The notes under the pieces: model-generated
Seen by the model: only the letters and a program-made list of their open reading frames with translations
Database searches by the model: none
What the model was told of the DNA's origin: nothing
Origin: Eledone cirrhosa
Taxonomy: Eukaryota
NCBI GenBank assembly: GCA_964016885.1
Contig: OZ024747.1
Span: 4,092,001 to 4,156,000, forward strand
Reading direction: 5' to 3'
DNA: 64,000 nucleotides
Shown here: positions 11,842 through 27,626 of the stretch, in pieces
How the letters are laid out: each line of letters starts with the position of its first letter
Position numbering within the stretch: the stretch's first letter is position 1
Position numbers and translations under genes: made by a program

Positions 11842-14800
11842 AGTTGGCTACCCGCAGATATTGGCTACCCACAGAGTTGGCTACCCACAGATGTTGGCTA
11901 CCCACAGAGTTGGCTACCCACAGATGTTGGCTACCCACAGACGTTGGCCACCCACAGACGTTGGCTACCCACAGACGTTGGCTACCCACAGAAGTTGGCT
12001 ACCCACAGAAGTTGGCTACCCACAGAAGTTGGCTACCCACAGAAGTTGGCTACCCACAGATGTTGGCTACCCACAGACGTTGGCTACCCACAGAAGTTGG
12101 CTACCCACAGATGTTGGCTACCCACAGACGTTGGCTACCCACAGATGTTGGCTACCCACAGACGTTGGCTACCCACAGATGTTGGCTACCCACAGAGTTG
12201 GCTACCCACAGATGTTGGCTACCCACAGACGTTGGCTACCCACAGATGTTGGCTACCCACAGACGTTGGCCACCCACAGATGTTGGCTACCCACAGACGT
12301 TGGCTACCCACAGAAGTTGGCTACCCACAGATGTTGGCTACCCACAGACGTTGGCTACCCACAGATGTTGGCTACCCACAGATGTTGGCCACCCAAAGAT
12401 GTTGGCTACCCACAGAAGTTGGCTACCCACAGATGTTGGCTACCCACAGATGTTGGCTACCCACAGAAGTTGGCTACCCACAGATGTTGGCTAACCACAG
12501 ATGTTGGCTACCCAAAGATGTTGGCTACCCACAGATGTTGGCCACCCACAGATGTTGGCTACCCACAGATGTTGGCTAACCACAGATGTTGGCTACCCAC
12601 AGAAGTTGGCTAACCATAGATGTTGGCTACCCACAGATGTTGGCTACCCACAGAAGTTGGCTACCCACAGATGTTGGCCACCCACAGATGTTGGCTAACC
12701 ACAGATGTTGGCTACCCACAGAAGTTGGCTAACCACAGATGTTGGCTACCCACAGATGTTGGCTACCCACAGAAGTTGGCTACCCACAGATGTTGGCCAC
12801 CCACAGATGTTGGCTAACCACAGATGTTGGCTACCCACAGAAGTTGGCTAACCACAGATGTTGGCTACCCACAGATGTTGGCTACCCACAGATGTTGGCT
12901 ACCCACAGAAGTTGGCTACCCACAGAAGTTGGCTAACCACAGATGTTGGCTACCCACAGAAGTTGGCTACCCACAGAAGTTGGCTACCCACAGATGTTGG
13001 CCACCCACAGATGTTGGCTAACCACAGATGTTGGCTACCCACAGAAGTTGGCTACCCACAGATGTTGGCCACCCACAGATGTTGGCTACCCACAGAAGTT
13101 GGCTACCCACAGATGTTGGCTACCCACAGACGTTGGCTACCCACAGACGTTGGCTACCCACAGATGTTGGCTACCCACAGAAGTTGGCTACCCACAGATG
13201 TTGGCTACCCACAGACGTTGGCTACCCACAGAAGTTGGCTACCCACAGAAGTTGGCTACCCACAGATGTTGGCCACCCAAAGATGTTGGCTACCCACAGA
13301 TGTTGGCCACCCAAAGATGTTGGCTACCCACAGATGTTGGCTACCCGTAGATGTTGGCCACCCACAGATGTTGGCTACCCACAGAAGTTGGCTACCCACA
13401 GAAGTTGGCTACCCACAGAAGTTGGCTACCCACAGATGTTGGCCACCCAAAGATGTTGGCTACCCACAGATGTTGGCTACCCACAGATGTTGGCTACCCA
13501 CAGATGTTGGCTACCCACAGATGTTGGCCACCCAAAGATGTTGGCTACCGACAGAAGTTGGCCACCCACAGAGTTGGCTACCCGTAGATGTTGGCTACCC
13601 ACAGAAGTTGGCTACCCACAGAAGTTGGCTACCCACAGATGTTGGCTACCCACAGAAGTTGGCTACCCACAGAAGTTGGCTACCCACAGATGTTGGCTAC
13701 CCACAGAAGTTGGCTAACCACAGAAGTTGGCTACCCAAAGATGTTGGCTACCCACAGATGTTGGCCACCCACAGATGTTGGCCACCCACAGATGTTGGCT
13801 ACCCACAGATGTTGGCTACCCACAGATGTTGGCTACCCACAGATGTTGGCTACCCACAGATGTTGGCTACCCACAGAAGTTGGCTACCCACAGATGTTGG
13901 CCACCCACAGATGTTGGCCACCCACAGATGTTGGCTACCCACAGATGTTGGCTACCCACAGATGTTGGCCACCCAAAGATGTTGGCTACCCACAGAAGTT
14001 GGCTACCCACAGAAGTTGGCTACCCACAGATGTTGGCCACCCACAGAAGTTGGCTACCCACAGATGTTGGCCACCCACAGATGTTGGCTACCCACAGATG
14101 TTGGCTACCCACAGATGTTGGCTAACCACAGATGTTGGCTACCCACAGATGTTGGCTACCCACAGATGTTGGCTAACCACAGAGTTGGCTACCCACAGAA
14201 GTTGGCTACCCACAGATGTTGGCCACCCACAGATGTTGGCCACCCAAAGATGTTGGCTACCCACAGATGTTGGCCACCCAAAGATGTTGGCTACCCACAG
14301 ATGTTGGCTACCCACAGATGTTGGCTACCCACAGAAGTTGGCTACCCACAGATGTTGGCTAACCACAGATGTTGGCTACCCGTAGATGTTGGCCACCCAC
14401 AGATGTTGGCCACCCACAGATGTTGGCCACCCACAGATGTTGGCTACCCACAGAAGTTGGCTACCCACAGAAGTTGGCTACCCACAGAAGTTGGCTACCC
14501 ACAGATGTTGGCCACCCACAGATGTTGGCTACCCACAGATGTTGGCTACCCACAGATGTTGGCCACCCACAGATGTTGGCCACCCAAAGATGTTGGCTAC
14601 CCACAGATGTTGGCCACCCAAAGATGTTGGCTACCCACAGATGTTGGCTACCCACAGAAGTTGGCTACCCACAGATGTTGGCTAACCACAGATGTTGGCT
14701 ACCCACAGATGTTGGCCACCCACAGATGTTGGCTACCCACATATGTTGGCTACCCACAGATGTTGGCCACCCAAAGATGTTGGCTACCCACAGATGTTGG

Positions 14801-15788
14801 CCACCCAAAGATGTTGGCTACCCACAGATGTTGGCTACCCACAGAAGTTGGCTACCCACAGATGTTGGCTACCCACAGATGTTGGCTACCCACAGATGTT
14901 GGCCACCCACAGAAGTTGGCTACCCACAGAAGTTGGCTACCCACAGATGTTGGCCACCCACAGATGTTGGCTACCCACAGATGTTGGCTACCCACAGATG
15001 TTGGCTACCCACAGATGTTGGCCACCCAAAGATGTTGGCTACCCACAGATGTTGGCCACCCACAGATGTTGGCTACCCACAGAAGTTGGCTACCCACAGA
15101 TGTTGGCTACCCACAGATGTTGGCTACCCAAAGATGTTGGCTACCCACAGATGTTGGCTACCCACAGATGTTGGCTACCAACAGATGTTGGCTACCAACA
15201 GATGTTGGCTACCCACAGATGTTGGCTACCCACAGATGTTGGCTACCCACAGATGTTGGCTACCCACAGAAGTTGGCTACCCACAGAAGTTGGCCACCCA
15301 CAGATGTTGGCTACCCACAGATGTTGGCTACCCACAGATGTTGGCTACCCACAGAAGTTGGCTACCCACAGATGTTGGCTACCCACAGATGTTGGCTACC
15401 CAAAGATGTTGGCTACCCACAGATGTTGGCTACCCACAGATGTTGGCTACCAACAGATGTTGGCTACCCACAGACGTTGGCTACCCACAGATGTTGGCTA
15501 CCCACAGACGTTGGCTACCCACAGATGTTGGCTACCAACAGATGTTGGCTACCCACAGAAGTTGGCTACCCACAGATGTTGGCTACCCACAGATGTTGGC
15601 TACCCACAGAAGTTGGCCACCCACAGAAGTTGGCCACCCACAGATGTTGGCCACCCACAGAAGTTGGCTACCCACAGAAGTTGGCTACCCACAGAAGTTG
15701 GCTACCCGTAGATGTTGGCTACCCACAGAAGTTGGCTACCCGTAGATGTTGGCTACCCACAGATGTTGGCTACCCGTAGATGTTGGCC
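11842..15788. repeat. 17-bp minisatellite (gttggctacccacagat), ~230 copies
   Basis: Direct reading; variants gaa/gac/gat, ggcc, taac, caaag; occasional 15-nt units. Confidence 0.98.
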
Positions 15789-16089
15789 TCACAATGGCTC
15801 CAACGCATCTTCCTCACAATCCTCTGGGGAAACACCTTCTCTAGTCTTTCCCCATGCCGCGGGTCGACCAGCATGTGGGCCCCTATTTGTTTATAATAGT
15901 GAGAGATGGTTAGAGTAAATGAGATGCTAACATATTTTTGTTTTAGAGGTGAATATTGCACCAGTTTCACTTTAGAGGTGAATATTGCACCAGTTTCACT
16001 TTTGACGTGAAATTCGTATTTTCTATTATTTTTTTATGTTTTGAATGAATATGGTCAGATAATGATAAAAAAAATCATTATGTAATGGA

Positions 16090-16326
16090 GTTATAAAACA
16101 AAAATTATACTCTAAATGACACTTAAAACATTTTAAATATCAAAATATTAAAACTTCCTCTATATATTCTCCACTCATGAGAATTTCAAAACCATACCCT
16201 CTAAACATAATGTGTTGTTTAGCTGCCTTGGTTTATAAATGGGTTTTGGATTGTTGCCTATTTCTCAGACATAATATAGAGGGTCAGCTTATATTTAGAT
16301 CATCTTATATTTGAGGATGTATGGTA
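16090..16326. mobile_element. Remnant of a Tc1/mariner (pogo/Tc2-like) non-autonomous DNA element; second copy at 34720-34945
   Basis: Both copies share ctaaatg.cacttaaaacattt.aaatatcaaa...tagctgccttgg...tgcctatttctcagacata and end in a duplicated gcttatatt motif like pogo/Tc2 TIRs. Confidence 0.5.
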
Positions 16327-16730
16327 TTTGTAGCCAATAAAAGTGAGATTAGCAGGGTCATGAACTTTACTCAGGAGCACATCACAAACACTCTAATAAG
16401 TTGTGATCTCATGGTCATGTTGTCCTTAACCTTACAATAATTGGGCTTCCATACACGTTGGACAGGGTTAATTGTGGCAGCAATCAATTCTCAATGAAGA
16501 CAACTCAAAATATGGTTGAAGTGTTGGCAGAGTAGGGGAAAGAAATCCAGAGATAAAATGTTGTATACTAGTTTAGCTAGGTGCAAATGTCTGGGGATAA
16601 AGTTTGAAGAAAACTTTGGCACAACTCAATTTTGAAATGAAGATATAAGTATTGATGGTGACAGACAATGTTTAAAATAAAGAGGAACAAATATGGTGGA
16701 ACGGATGGGCAATGTAGTGCAAATAATCCT

Positions 16731-17485
16731 GGTGGTGATGGTGGTAGTGGTGGTGATGGTAGTGGTGGCAGTGGTGGTGGTGGTGGCAGTGGTGGTGATG
16801 GTGGTAGTGGTGGTGATGGTGGTAGTGGCGGTGGTGGCAGTGGTGGTGATGGTGGTAGTGGTGGTGGTGGCAGTGGTGGTGATGGTGGTAGTGGTGGTGA
16901 TGGTAGTGGTGGCAGTGGTGGTGATGGTGGTAGTGGTGGTGATGGTGGTGTTGGTAGTGGTGGCAGTGGTGGTAGTGGTGGTAGTGGTGGTGATGGTGGT
17001 GTTGGTAGTGGTGGTGATGGTGGTAGTGGTGGTGTTGGTGGTGATGGTGGTAGTGGTGGTGTTGGCAGTGGTGGTGATGGTGGTAGTGGTGGTGATGGTG
17101 GTGTTGGTAGTGGTGGTGGTGATGGTGGTAGTGGTGGTGATGGTGGTAGTGGCGGTGTGTTGGTGGTGGTAGTGGTGGTGATGGTGGTGGTGATGGTGGT
17201 AGTGGCGGTGTGTTGGTGGTGGTAGTGGTGGTGGTGATGGTGGTGGTGATGGTGGTAGTGGCGGTGTGTTGGTGGTGGTAGTGGTGGTGGTGATGGTGGT
17301 AGTGGCGGTGTGTTGGTGGTGATAGTTGGTGGCAGTGATGGTGGTAATAATGGTGTTGGTGTTGGTAGTGATGGTGGTGGTGTCGGTGGTGGTAGTACTG
17401 GTGATAGTGGTGCTTTGGTAGTGGAGGTGTTGGTGATATTGTTGATGATGGTGGTGGTTATGGTGATGATGGTGGTGTTGGTGGT
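16731..17485. repeat. Degenerate (GGT)n-based trinucleotide tract
   Basis: ggt/gat/agt/ggc triplets. Confidence 0.95.
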
Positions 17486-17759
17486 GCAAGGTCATGGGTG
17501 GGGGAAAGAGTAAATACAGAAGTGTTGTTTCTAAAAGAGGAACTCAGATGATTTGTAGTTAGAATAATAGTTGAGAAATAGCATCAATTATAGCTGAAGC
17601 TAATGGCTCCGGAAAATACCTAGGATATTAAAACAGATATATTAATAGGGTGTGAGGGGGGGGGGGGGGGGGGAGCTAATAAAACACAACAATACACTAT
17701 ATATATATATAAACGCATAACAATAGACTATATATATATATATATAAACACATAACAAT

Positions 17760-17800
<41 letters not shown>

Positions 17801-17802
<2 letters not shown>

Positions 17803-18134
17803 GATATTGATAAATGGAAACTATATTTATAAAACCATATTTATTTCATTATACATATTTCAGGGATACCAAATTAAATTATGGTATGCCTTCATCAGAC
17901 AAAATACAATATATAACAGTTTTACAAATAAGCTTTGACGTACCCTATTAAAATGCAACCATTGTTTTTGGAAGTCAAAAACAATGGTTGCATTTTAATA
18001 GGGTACGTCAAAGCTTATTTGTAAAACTGTTATATATTGTATTTTGTCTGATGAAGGCATACCATAATTTAATTTGGTATCCCTGAAATATGTATAATGA
18101 AATAAATATGGTTTTATAAATATAGTTTCCATTT
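17801..18134. mobile_element. Perfect palindrome (159-bp arms, 5-nt loop) carrying a hammerhead-like core; Penelope-like inverted pLTR
   Basis: 17812-17970 is the reverse complement of 17976-18134, loop gaagt; CTGATGA 18048-18054, stem AGG.ATACCA/TGGTAT.CCT, GAAA 18085; unfolded relative at 43210-43315. Confidence 0.7.
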
Positions 18135-18231
18135 GCTTTCTTATTCTCAAACTCTCTCTTCTCTTTCTCTCTCTTCTCTTTCTTTCACTCTCTCTCTTCC
18201 TCTCATTCTCTCTCTCATCTCTCTCTCCCTT

Positions 18232-18278
<47 letters not shown>

Positions 18279-19770
18279 TCTCTCTCATCTCTCCTTTCTC
18301 TCTCTCCTTTCTCTCTCTCTCTCTCCTTTCTCTCTCTCTCTATCTCCTTTCTCTCTCTCTCTCATCTCTCTCCCTTTTATCTCTCTTCTCTCCTTTCTCT
18401 CTCTCTCTCTCATCTCTCTCTCTTTTCTCTCTCCTTTCTCTCTCTCTCATCTCTCTCCTTTCTCTCTCTCTCATCTCTCTCCTTTCTCTCTCTCATCTCT
18501 CTCCTTTCTCTCTCTCTCATCTCTCTCCTTTCTCTCTCTCATCTCTCTCCTTTCTCTCTCTCTCTCATCACTCTCCTTTCTCTCTCTCTCTCTCATCACT
18601 CTCCTTTCTTCTCTCTCCTTTCTTCTCTCTCCTTTCTTCTCTCTCCTTTCTTCTCTCTCCTTTCTTCTCTCTCCTTTCTCTCTTTCTCTCTCTCTCATCT
18701 CTGTCCTTTCTCTCTTTCTCTCTCTCTCATCTCTGTCCTTTCTCTCTTTCTCTCTCTCTCATCTCTCTCCTTTCTCGCTGTCTCTCTCTCTCCTCTCTCT
18801 CATTTCTCGCTCTTCCTCCCTCTCTTCCTCTCTCTTCCCTCTCTTCCTCTCTCTTCCCTCTCTTCCTCCCTCTCTCTCTCCTCTCTTCCTCTCTTCCTCT
18901 CTTCCTATCTCTCTCCCTCTCTCTCTCTCTCTCTCCCCCTCTCTCCCTCTTTCTTCCCTCTCTCCCCCTCTCTCCCTCTTTCTCCCCCTCTCTCCCTCTC
19001 TCCCTCTTTCTCCCCCTCTCTCCCCCTCTCTCTTCCTCCCTCTCTCTTCCTCCCTCTTCCCTCTCTTCCTCCCTCTCATCTCTCTTCCTCTCTCCCCCCT
19101 CCCCCTCCTCTCCCCCTCTATCTCCTCTCTCTATCTCTCCCCCTCTATCTCCTCTCTCTATCTCTCCCCCTCTATCTCCTCTCTCTCTCTCCCCCCTCTA
19201 TCTCCTCTCTCTCTCCTCTCTCCTCTCCCTCTCTCTCCTCTCTCTCTCTCCCTCTCTCTCCTCTCTCTCTCTCCCTCTCTCTCCTCTCCCTCTCCTCTCT
19301 CTCTCCCTCTCCTCTCTCTCTCCTCTCCTCTCCTCTCTTCCTCTCTCCTCTCCTCTCCTCCTCTCTCCTCTCTCTCTCTCCTCTCTCTCCTCTCCTCTCC
19401 TCTCTTCTCTCTCCTCTCCTCTCTTCCTCTCTTCTCTCTCCTCTCCTCTCTTCCTCTCTCCTCTCTCTCTTCCTCTCTCCTCTCCTCTCTCTTCCTCTCT
19501 CCTCTCTCTCTTCTCTCTCCTCTCTCCTCTCTCTTCTCTCTCCTCTCCTCCCCCCTCCCCCTCGCTCTCCCCTCCCTCATCTATTCCCTCTCCCCCCCTC
19601 TCTCCCCCTCTCTCCTCTCCCTCCTCTCTCTCACTCCTCCCCTCCTCTCTCTCACTCCTCCCTCCTCCCTCATCTATTTCCCTTCTCTCCCCGCCCCCTC
19701 TCTCTCTCTCACTCTCTCTCTCTCTTCCTCTACCTCCACGCCACCCTCTCACCCCCACCCCCACCCCATC
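18135..19770. repeat. CT-rich polypyrimidine low-complexity tract
   Basis: (CT)n/CCT/CTT mosaic, ~1.6 kb. Confidence 0.97.
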
Positions 19771-19959
19771 CACCAGAATGGTTCTCGTTGTTTGTGTCCA
19801 AGTTTGTTTTCTCTGACAGAATAATCAATAGTAAACAATTGTAAAAAGCCGTCGTCTCATCCAACAGTTTCCTCTGTCAGGGAAAGGGTTAACGAGGCTT
19901 CTGTTAAATATTAATAAGGGGGCTATTGTTTTAATCAGGACCAGAGAGGTGGGGATGGG

Positions 19960-20385
19960 GGAGAGGGGTGATGGAGAGGATGAGTGTGAGAGAGTGGGTT
20001 GCAGAGAGTGTATAGGAAAGAGAGAGTATGTATGGGAAAAAGAGAGAGAGGGTGTGAGAGAGGTTTAGAGAGAGTGTGTATGAGAGAGAGAGAGCATAGG
20101 GAGAGAAGAGCATGGAGAGAGTGAGCATGGAGAGAGGGAGAGAAAGAGCATGGAGGGAGAGAAAGAGCATGGAGAGGGAGAGAAAGAGCATGGAGAGAGG
20201 GAGAGAAAGAGCATGGAGAGAGATTAGAGAGAGAGAGGGAGAGAAAGAGCATGGAGGAGAGATAGAGAGAGAGTGGGTTTGAGAGAGAGAGAGAGCATGA
20301 GAGAGACAGCTTGAGAAAGAGTGGGTTTGAGAGAGTGTGAGTGAGTGTGAGAGAGTGGGTTTGAGAGAGAGAGAGTGTGAGTGAG
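19960..20385. repeat. GA-rich tract with an ~20-bp subunit (gagagaaagagcatggagag)
   Basis: Direct reading. Confidence 0.9.
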
Positions 20386-20434
20386 TAAAACGGAAGAAAG
20401 TTTAATAGTGTTAAAACATCAGAATTCAGAATAG

Positions 20435-21115
20435 ATGTTGTTGTTGTTATTTCTGTTGTTTTTCTCGTTGTTTTTGTCATTGTTGTTGTTATTTCTGTTG
20501 TTTTGTTGTTGTTATTTCTGTTGTTTTGTTGTTGTTATTTCTGTTGTTTTTGTTGTTGTTATTTCTGTTGTTTTTGTCATTGTGTTGTTATTTCTCTTGT
20601 TTTTGTTGTTGTTATTTCTGTTGTTTTTGTTGTTGTTATTTCTGTTGTTTTTGTGTTGTTATTTCTGTTGTTTTTGTGTTGTTATTTCTGTTGTTTTTTG
20701 TCGTTGTTGTTGTTGTTATTTCTGTTGTTTTTGTTGTTGTTATTTCTGTTGTTTTTGTTGTTATTTCTGTTGTTATTTCTGTTGTTATTTCTGTTGTTTT
20801 TGTTGTTATTTCTGTTGTTTTTGTCATTGTTGTTGTTATTTCTCTTGTTTTTTGTTGTTGTTATTTCTGTTGTTTTTGTTGTTGTTATTTCTGTTGTTTT
20901 TGTTGTTGTTATTTCTCTTGTTTTGTTGTGTTGTTTTTGTTGTTGTTATTTCTGTTGTTTTTGTCATTGTTGTTATTTCTGTTGTTTTTATCGTTGTTGT
21001 TGTTGTTTTTGTCATTGTTGTTATTGCTGTTGTTTTTATTGTTGTTGTTGTTATTATTACTGCTGCTGTTGTTGATTGTTGTTGTCATTGTTGTTGTTGC
21101 CACTGTTGTTGTTAT
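20435..21115. repeat. (GTT)n-derived minisatellite (gttgttgttatttctgttgttttt)
   Basis: Direct reading. Confidence 0.95.
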
Positions 21116-21261
21116 TTATAGAAGGTAACTATACAGGAGCAAGTCACTTGTTCCTCTCTCCTATATCTTTTGTTAAGGTTTTCTCTGTTGTTGTTGTTGT
21201 TCTTTACCAAATATAGATATACCAAAAGATCAAGATAACTGCAATACATTTCATAATAGGT

Positions 21262-21565
21262 GTGTTAGGGCAGGGTTGACCTAGGGTTAAACAACAAGAA
21301 GGGTGCATATATTGATTTTTAGCACTTTCACTAATTGTTATGTAGGGTCAGGGTTGACCTAGGGTTAAACAACAACAACAAGGGTGCATATATTGATTTT
21401 TAGCACTTTCACTAATTATGTTGGATCAGGGCTGTCCTAGGGTTAAACAACAACAACAAGGGTGTATATATTGATTTCTAGTACATTTGGTTATAGGTGT
21501 GTTGGGTTTAGGCTGACCTAGGGTGAAACAACAACAGGGATGTGTATATTGATTTTTAGCATTTG
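21262..21565. repeat. ~78-81-bp diverged tandem repeat x4
   Basis: cctaggg recurs at 21280, 21358, 21436 and 21517, followed by aaacaacaa...tatattgattt. Confidence 0.9.
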
Positions 21566-22027
21566 AGATGATTTTCCATTCATGCTTTGATGGTTGGTAA
21601 AAAACTAGTCCAAGGCCATTGCTGTCAAACATTGATGGTGGTGGTGGTAATGATGGTGATGGTGATGAAGGACAGTGGAATCATAAAAAATAAATACAAG
21701 GCTGCATACCTTGTGGTATTTACTTACACCTATTACATTCTGTAAGATAGATTTTTTTTTTTTTACTTATTTAAACAAGGGGTATCCATAATTTTATTTA
21801 AAGCCTCTAAGCAGCTTTGTGAGAGGAATATATCTACAAACCAGAAACCTGACCTGAATACTTGAAACTGAGTGGAGTTCTACTAGAGTTACCCAAATGT
21901 GAGGTGATGCTATTATAGGTGACAAGTCTACCATCCAAGGTTTAATAAAACTCTACTACTTTCATCTTAGAAATCTATGTCCTTGTCACAGTATACAGAA
22001 TCCATATTGCATTGTATAGGAGGTATG

Positions 22028-22350
22028 TGATTGAATAGATAAAATATATCATCATCACTGTCTAACATCCATTTTTCCATGCCAGCATGGGTTAGACGAG
22101 TTGTCCTGTTGTAAGACAAGCCAGGTCAAGTGACCATGTCTTGCTCATACAGAACTGATTCTGACTTGGTTCCTATGGCTGGATGCCCATCGCTTTTGTC
22201 ATGATAATTACGCGGCCACTTTACAGTGTGTGCTGGGCATTTTTACAGTGACACCATAATGACAATTTTACAGTGTGGGCTGGGTGCTTTTGTTATGGCA
22301 CCATGATGACCATTTTACTGTGTGGGTGAGGTGCTTTTTGTCATGTCATC
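22028..22350 (-). mobile_element. RTE-type 3' tail fragment
   Basis: catcatc...ccatgccagcatgggttagacg...ggctggatgccc plus repeated ttacagtgtg.gctggg units. Confidence 0.7.
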
Positions 22351-22698
22351 ATCTACACTACCAATTTTTATTGTCACCAAATATACAAAACTATTCAAAT
22401 TTTGATTACATATTGTTGACTTTGTGTGATCCCTGCTAAAAAGATTTAAAAGTAAAAAGAAAAGATATTTGTTTTGAATGTTTGAAGAAATACATCACTG
22501 AGAAGTTGGTTTGTATGTTTTATAGTGAGAGCCTTGGTAACGTCAGCTGGCTCCAGTAAATCTATGGTTGCTATGTAACTCTTGAAATACCCAATGATCA
22601 GCATCATATACACTGTCTTGTAAAGATAAATACATATGTCTGTGTCTGAGTGTTAGCATGAAAAGCAGATGTAAAACGATTTTATATATATATATATA

Positions 22699-22886
22699 AT
22701 TGTTTCTACTTTAGGCACAAGGCCAGCAATTACCCAGTGCATTACTGGTACTTTATTTTATCGACGCCGTAAGGATGAAAGGCAAAGTCAACCTCGGCGG
22801 GATTTGAACTCGGATCGTAAAGGGACGTAACTATGCTGGAAAGCATGGCGTCCGACCCTCTACCGATACTGCCAATCCACCGCCCT
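22699..22886 (-). mobile_element. Full-length tRNA-derived SINE (Meta/MESC-like), inserted in (TA)n
   Basis: Minus strand: gggcggtggattggcagtatcggtagag (A-box)...gagttcaaatcccgccgagg (B-box)...gcctttcatccttacggcgtcgataaaataaagtaccag...aagtagaaacaa. Confidence 0.85.
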
Positions 22887-22904
22887 TATATATAATATAT
22901 ATAT

Positions 22905-23164
22905 ATGATGTTAGGTAATTCCAAAGAAAAAGCAAAGGAAAAAGAAGAGTGCTCTATGTATAGAAATGAGCTATTTAATTAGAAAGTGAACAACACAAAA
23001 TATAACTACTCCATTACCAAAGGTTTCTGGATCACAGACAATAATATATGTCTGGATCGGTCATCAGATATCTCTGTCCAGACGTATATTATTATTGTCT
23101 GGGAGCCAGAAACCTTTGGTAATGGAGTAGTTATATTTTGTGTTGCTCACTATCTAATTAAATA
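22905..23164 (-). mobile_element. Fold-back Penelope-like pLTR remnant with hammerhead core
   Basis: Arms 22972-23056 and 23077-23164; minus strand CTGATGA(23067-23061)-stem II-GAAAC-CTTTG-GTA; ~65-nt unpaired tail to 22905. Confidence 0.65.
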
Positions 23165-26190
<3,026 letters not shown>

Positions 26191-26268
26191 ATACATACAC
26201 ATATGCACACAAGAAGAGATGTGATCATACACATATGCAGGCATGTGTGTATGCCCACACACATATAT

Positions 26269-26315
<47 letters not shown>

Positions 26316-26457
26316 GGATATAGCCATTTGAAACACATTTGTTCTCCATCTTGGTATTGTTCCAACACATTTCTTATTTCTTGTTTATTCTTTTCTTCTG
26401 TTATTCGATAAATGTTTTAACTTGAAACAGATTCTTTTACTCCCTTTGCATTCACAT

Positions 26458-26732
26458 GTTGTTTCTGGGGCATTTTGATACGTGGCAGAGCCTATCATTC
26501 ACCAGGTCTGGATACAGTAGATTTCTCCCAGAGAAGGATAGAGTAGGACAATGGAAATGAAAAAGAGATATAGAGGAAGATTTTACCCCAGTACAAGACT
26601 GGTACTTGTTTTTATTGACCTTGAATGGATGAAAAGCAAAGTTGACCTCGGTGAGATTTAAACTGAGAGAGCAGAGAACTGGAACAAATATTATAAAGCA
26701 TTCTATCAGACATTCTAACAACTCTGCCAATT
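26458..26732 (-). mobile_element. Meta/MESC-like SINE with an extended alternative tail
   Basis: Homologous over its whole length to 29207-29492, including the gtttct.gggcatttt...agatttct.ccagagaaggata tail. Confidence 0.7.
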
Positions 26733-27413
26733 TGCTGCCTATGATGGTGGCAGTAATAGCTATGTATTCCTATTTGTAATTTAATAAAATACTGACAATG
26801 TGGACATAGGAAGTGAGAGTACAGCTGGAACCAAGAGTCCTTATTGTTGGACTGGTTCTCTCCTCCTCCTCTCACTTTTTCTTCTGTCAGCCACATTTTT
26901 ATAATAGTTACCTGAGAGAGAGAGAGAGTGAGTGAGTAGGTAGAGGGTTAATTGATGTAGAGAGAGGAAAGGAGGAATGAAATTAGGTGTATCTTATTGA
27001 AATGCATTTCATATCATATTTGACTCTCTGAACTGTTGGGTCAATTCTAAAATGATGCCAAGTCTAAATGAATTAACTTCACTGTCCAAAGGTTGAAAGG
27101 AAGGATCCTTGAACAGAATATTCTATCATTTGTTCCACAATACTCCACATCAGTATATCACTGCACTGTTGTTAAAGTCATTAAAGTGTAGGATAAAATT
27201 CCTCATGGTATTTGCTCTGGTTCTCTGGGCTCTCTCTTCAAATTCCTTCTAAGTTCATTTTTTACTTTCATTCTTTCAGAGCAGATAAAATAAAGTAGTA
27301 AGCTCAGATTGTCCTTTCAGTTGCCTCTTATAACATACAGGGTTATTGTGTACGTATTCTAAAAGCTGAGATAATTTCATTGAAGCCTGGCTGAATATTT
27401 GCAGAGGACAGGT

Positions 27414-27626
27414 TTAACAATTTAGCATTTACATTACTCTATATTTACTATAGTATTTTCATGGTAAAGGCTTAAACTTACATAATATCTCACATAATAT
27501 CGAATGTATGGCATTTTGATATTATTTATTTTGAGAACAATACCTTAACATCAGTATGGGCAGCCAGTTATGGCCAATTTGTAAAGAAACAGCCCGGATA
27601 CAGTTGGTTTAATGCTAAAGAGTTAA
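27414..27626. mobile_element. piggyBac-type MITE
   Basis: TTAA...tttagcatt / aatgctaaagag TTAA; same family as 34951 and 39703. Confidence 0.7.

Noticed and set aside
11721-15918. Long ORFs up to 973 aa (MLATHRCWLPTDVGYPQ repeats)
   Set aside because: Translation of a stop-poor 17-bp satellite; the same peptide appears in all three frames.
22699-22886. tRNA gene
   Set aside because: A/B boxes are present but there is no cloverleaf, and the sequence continues into a multi-copy SINE body. The same applies to the other SINE heads.
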